Of a stretch of 64,000 bases of DNA, positions 60,539 through 64,000 are shown in pieces. Positions within the stretch are counted from its first letter, which is position 1, and each line of letters opens with the position of its first letter. This DNA comes from Candidatus Aldehydirespiratoraceae bacterium (GTDB lineage Bacteria > Actinomycetota > Acidimicrobiia > Acidimicrobiales > Aldehydirespiratoraceae): contig JBLIOE010000017.1 of the NCBI GenBank assembly GCA_047639555.1, positions 6,945 through 70,944 of the forward strand, written 5' to 3'. The notes beneath the pieces were generated by a model. The model did not search any database, was not told the origin of the DNA, and saw only the letters and a program-made list of their open reading frames with translations. A program made the position numbers and the translations under genes.

Positions 60539-61283
60539 ACCCTTGTTCGCGTGTCAGCCCGAGCTGGTTGCGCTGTACGAAACGCTGATCGATGTGATGT
60601 TCTGCGCCAAGGACCGTGATGGCACGTACGTCGAGGTGAACTCGGCCTTTGTTCGCCGAACCGGAAAGACATCCAAGCGAGATGTCATCGGTGCCCTTGC
60701 CCATGAGTTGTTCATTGACGAGCTGGCCGAGCGCTACGAAGAGCAAGACGGTGAGGTCTTCGCGACCGGCAAGCCACTGCACGATCAACTTGAGGTAATT
60801 CGCCGCACCAATGGTGAGCTCGGTTGGTACCTGACTACCAAACTGCCGGTGCGTTCTCAAGACTCCGGCGCCGTGGTCGGGCTTGTGTCGCTGAGCCGAG
60901 ATCTTCGGCGGCCGAGCTCAGAAACCATCACCTTCGACGGGCTTCAAGCAGTCGTCGACCATGTGCGGGCTCACATCGACTCGCCCGTCCGGTTGAGCGA
61001 CCTCGCGGCCATCGCCGACTGCACCGAAACCCAACTCGAGCGCCGAATGCGAAAGGTGTTCGGTGTTACTCCGACGCAATACGTCGTCCGGGTACGAGTC
61101 GAAACGGCAGCCGCCATGCTGCGGGACACGAGCGAGCCGATCGCGTCAATCGCGACGCGCTGCGGGTTCTACGACCAGCCGGACTTCACACGGCGCTTCG
61201 CTCGACTCACGAACGAAACCCCCGCCCAATTCCGAGCGGCGGCACTCTCGAACGTTCCGCCATCGAGCGCTGGTAGGAAGTGA
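60507..61283 (+). CDS. PAS domain-containing AraC family transcriptional regulator
   Basis: Part of track ORF 59949..61283. ATG 60507 follows GGAGGAGAGG. The PAS-like part has LYETLIDVMFCAKDRDGTYVEVNSAFVRRTG...GELGWYLTTKLPV. The AraC HTH pair has LSDLAAIADCTETQLERRMRKVFGVTPTQY...IASIATRCGFYDQPDFTRRFARLTNETPAQF. Confidence 0.8.
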   Translation: MPTGMATESTKPLFACQPELVALYETLIDVMFCAKDRDGTYVEVNSAFVRRTGKTSKRDVIGALAHELFIDELAERYEEQDGEVFATGKPLHDQLEVIRRTNGELGWYLTTKLPVRSQDSGAVVGLVSLSRDLRRPSSETITFDGLQAVVDHVRAHIDSPVRLSDLAAIADCTETQLERRMRKVFGVTPTQYVVRVRVETAAAMLRDTSEPIASIATRCGFYDQPDFTRRFARLTNETPAQFRAAALSNVPPSSAGRK

Positions 61284-61314
61284 GCACGAAGACCGGGGGA
61301 GATCGGGGACACGC

Positions 61315-62499
61315 ATGAGCAACGACGTCGCAAGTCTGGGGGTCAACGAGGTGTTGGCAGTTGCCAGTGAACGTACTGGTGGTCTGGAGGATCTCGGCGA
61401 TGGGCCGTTCGTTGAGCCACTCGGTCGGCTGGTCGATTCACTCGCCCGCGACGGCCAACTCAACGACATCGGTCGGCTGATCTCGAACGAACGGATGTTG
61501 CTCCACACCGTCAACCGGCTGGGTTACACCCGCGATCGTGCCACGATTTCAAACATCGCCGAGCAGAAGATTGTGCGTCCGGTTTTTATCATCGGCATGC
61601 CCCGCACCGGCACCACGATCCTGCACGACATCTTGGCGCAGGACCCCGACAGTCGGGCTCCGCTCACGTGGGAGGTGATGTTCCCGTCGCCTCCGCCCCA
61701 GACAGACACATTCGAGACGGACCCCCGAATCGCCATGTGTGAGGCAACCTTCCCGGGCCGTGATCTGCAGCTTCCTGGCTTCGATGCCATTCACCCGATG
61801 GGCGCGCAGCTGACACAGGAGTGTGTGGTGTTGATGGGGGAGTCGATGTGCACACCGTTGTTCCACAACCAGTTTCGAGTGCCCACGTATGAGGATTGGG
61901 TGGACCACGAAGCCGATTGGGCCGAGGTCTACAAGGTGCATCATCGCCAGCTCCAGCATTTCCAGTCGGGCCACGCCCGTGATCGCATGGTGCTGAAGAC
62001 CGGTGCGCACCTGTGGGGCCTCGAACACCTGCTGGAGACCTACCCCGATGCCCGGATCGTCTTCACCCATCGTGACCCGGTGAAGTCGATGACCTCGTAT
62101 GCGAGCCTGACAACGATCGTTCGCCGAGTCGGCAGCGACAGTGTGGATCCCGTCGAAGTCGCCGATGACTGGACGGCGCGTCTGCGGCGGGTCCTGATGC
62201 ATGGCATCGATGTTCGCACCGCCAAGGAGTATCCCGACGCCGTGTTCTACGACATGTTTTTCCCGGACTTCATCACCAACCAGTTCGGGGTCGTCGAGAA
62301 GATCTACGAGGCGTTTGGTCTGCCGATGACCGAGGCGGCGGCGACCGGAATGCAAACGTTCATCGACGACAACCCGCCGGGGAAACACGGCATCCATCGC
62401 TACTCGCCCGAGGAGTTTGGTGTCGATCCGGATCGCGTCCGGTCGGAGTTCGCCGCCTACATCGACCACTTTGATCTCCGCCCCGAGGAAGCACGATGA
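61315..62499 (+). CDS. sulfotransferase family protein
   Basis: Part of track ORF 61063..62499, starting at ATG 61315. It has the PAPS-binding P-loop-like motif FIIGMPRTGTTILHDIL and later VFTHRDPVKS. Confidence 0.75.
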   Translation: MSNDVASLGVNEVLAVASERTGGLEDLGDGPFVEPLGRLVDSLARDGQLNDIGRLISNERMLLHTVNRLGYTRDRATISNIAEQKIVRPVFIIGMPRTGTTILHDILAQDPDSRAPLTWEVMFPSPPPQTDTFETDPRIAMCEATFPGRDLQLPGFDAIHPMGAQLTQECVVLMGESMCTPLFHNQFRVPTYEDWVDHEADWAEVYKVHHRQLQHFQSGHARDRMVLKTGAHLWGLEHLLETYPDARIVFTHRDPVKSMTSYASLTTIVRRVGSDSVDPVEVADDWTARLRRVLMHGIDVRTAKEYPDAVFYDMFFPDFITNQFGVVEKIYEAFGLPMTEAAATGMQTFIDDNPPGKHGIHRYSPEEFGVDPDRVRSEFAAYIDHFDLRPEEAR

Positions 62500-63554
62500 C
62501 TGACGCGACAGGAACGATGCGGGCTTGGCGGGTGCACGAATACGGCGATCCACTCGAGGTGCTGCAACTCGACATCGTCCCGATTCCTGTGCCCGAGCCG
62601 AGCGAAGTTCTGGTCCGAGTGCAAGCGATCCCGTTCAACCTCAACGATCTCGAGCGCATCACCGGCGGCAACATGATGGCCCCGCCGGAGTTCCCGTATA
62701 GCCCCGGCATGGAAGTGATGGGGGTTGTCGACGCTTGCGGCGAAGGCGCCGAGAAGTGGCTCGGACGCAGAGTCGTCGCCACCACAAAGCGGGCCCACGG
62801 CGGGTTCGCCGAACAGGCGATTTGCACGACCGGTGCGCTGTTCGACATGCCCGACGACATTGAACTACCGGGCGCCGCCGCGCTCTACTTCCCTTTCCAT
62901 CTCGCGTGGCTCGGCCTCTTCGACCGGGCCAAGCTGGTCGACGGCGAAACGGTGCTTGTCCATGCCGCGGCCGGAGGCGCCGGCTCGGCTGCTGTCCAGC
63001 TCGCGAAGCATCGAGGGGCGCGGGTCTTCGCGACCGCTGGTTCCGACGAGAAAGTCCAGCTGTGCCGCGACCTGGGGGCCGACGTCGCCATCAACTACAA
63101 CACCGAGGACTTCGAGGCCGTCGTGCTGGCCGAGACAAACAACCGAGGTGTCGATGTCGTTTTCGACAACGTCGGCGAGGCGGTGTGGGACGCATCGATC
63201 AAATGCACGGCCTACAACGGTCGTTATGTGATGAACGGATTCTCATCGAACAAGACCGTCGCCGATGAACCGTTCGTGGTTCCGCGCCGTCTGGCGATGT
63301 CCAACATCTCGCTCTGCGGCGTGCTGCTCAACTATGCCGACGACGACACGATCGGCTTCCTCAAATCGGCCATGGGGTGGAACGTCGCGCCCACCTCGCT
63401 GGGGGCGCAGATCACCGCCGAGATCGTCGACTTGGTTCGATCCGGAGCCGTGCGGCCAGTGGTCGGCGCAGTCGGCGCTTTCGAAGATATCCCCGCTCTG
63501 ATCGACGCCATGGCAAGACGGCAGTCCACGGGCCGCACCATCATCACGCTCTGA
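62496..63554 (+). CDS. NADPH:quinone oxidoreductase / zinc-type alcohol dehydrogenase-like (MDR) family protein
   Basis: Its ATG overlaps the upstream stop (ATGA). It has a GroES-like N-terminus (VLVRVQAIPFNLND) and a Rossmann segment VLVHAAAGGAGSAAVQLAK. Confidence 0.8.
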   Translation: MTDATGTMRAWRVHEYGDPLEVLQLDIVPIPVPEPSEVLVRVQAIPFNLNDLERITGGNMMAPPEFPYSPGMEVMGVVDACGEGAEKWLGRRVVATTKRAHGGFAEQAICTTGALFDMPDDIELPGAAALYFPFHLAWLGLFDRAKLVDGETVLVHAAAGGAGSAAVQLAKHRGARVFATAGSDEKVQLCRDLGADVAINYNTEDFEAVVLAETNNRGVDVVFDNVGEAVWDASIKCTAYNGRYVMNGFSSNKTVADEPFVVPRRLAMSNISLCGVLLNYADDDTIGFLKSAMGWNVAPTSLGAQITAEIVDLVRSGAVRPVVGAVGAFEDIPALIDAMARRQSTGRTIITL

Positions 63555-64000
63555 AGAGCGACCCGACTTCGGGCGGCGGATCAGACTCCTGCGCAGAGTG
63601 ACGCCAGACTCACAGCTCGCTACAAAACGTCCCCGCGGAGACGCCTTTTGGGATTGCGGCTGACTAGGACCGGAGCGTTCGCCGGGGAGTCTGAGGATCC
63701 GGTTCTTCAGGAGTAACACAACGCGGATCCTGGCCGAGCAGGACGTGGCCCGCGCTCCCGTGTTCGACGTACGGCGAGGCGCCAGGGCCGTGGGCATCTC
63801 TCAGGCTGGTGCCCAGCTTCGGCTTAAGGGGTTCGTATCGATGGCGCGGAGCAGCGGGACGAACGAGTTGGCGAAAGAACGATCGAACGGACATGAGCGA
63901 ACTGTAGATGTCGATGGTTCGACGAGAACCGGAACTGACGCTGCTTTCATGTACGAGCGCGCGGTATTGATCGCTAACGCGGTAGGAGTGCGGCAATCTT

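Noticed and set aside
63664-63996. 110-aa minus-strand ORF at the right edge of the window.
   Set aside because: It has low third-position GC (about 59% by hand count), no recognisable motif and no clear start, and it may run off the window. I left it uncalled.
1-64000. Search for mobile-element genes, rRNA, CRISPR arrays and prophage modules.
   Set aside because: No ORF translation shows integrase (R..HxxR..Y), DDE transposase, recombinase, capsid or terminase, or Cas motifs. There is no rRNA-like sequence and no regular repeat-spacer array.

Overview
High-GC, gene-dense chromosomal window of actinobacterial character. Supporting signs are F420-type DDN and LLM enzymes, lipoproteins with Ser/Thr-rich linkers, an AT-rich Zur-box palindrome and a PkwA-like kinase-WD40 protein. 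I call about 70 protein genes and 4 tRNAs: Leu-TAG, Lys-CTT, His-GTG and Arg-TCT. I found no rRNA, no CRISPR array, and no integrase, transposase or phage gene. Many adjacent genes share overlapping stop/start codons (ATGA, GTGA, TGATG), and I used these overlaps to choose start codons. Much of the window is metabolic, with five crotonase-fold enzymes plus an acyl-CoA dehydrogenase, several SDRs, an amidohydrolase, PhyH and LLM enzymes, PutA, adenosine deaminase, uridine kinase, rpe and clpP.

Observations most worth a second look:
1. A five-gene, translationally coupled operon: TetR, a small TrkA_C membrane protein, a RimB-like protease, RimK fused to its own TrkA_C domain, and an AstE/AspA-type deacylase (1444-5219).
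2. A 1485-aa Ser/Thr kinase with a STAND NTPase, a TM helix and 14 WD40 blades, whose stop overlaps the start of an FHA-domain class III cyclase (15549-20968).
3. A roughly 24-30 nt element that starts inside the 3' end of tRNA-Arg and recurs 2 kb downstream (22/24 identical), with a weaker third copy 5.5 kb downstream. The copies bracket lower-GC cargo and the znu/zur locus.
4. A truncated PPDK-like phosphotransferase coupled to a MOSC protein, next to an F420-type nitroreductase (25993-28003).
5. Three broken reading frames, each repaired by adding one nucleotide at a short G/C run. This points to homopolymer under-calling rather than real pseudogenes.
6. Three class III cyclases plus a GGDEF protein, with no adjacent cNMP-binding effector.

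All functional calls come from reading motifs in the translated ORFs. No database search was run.
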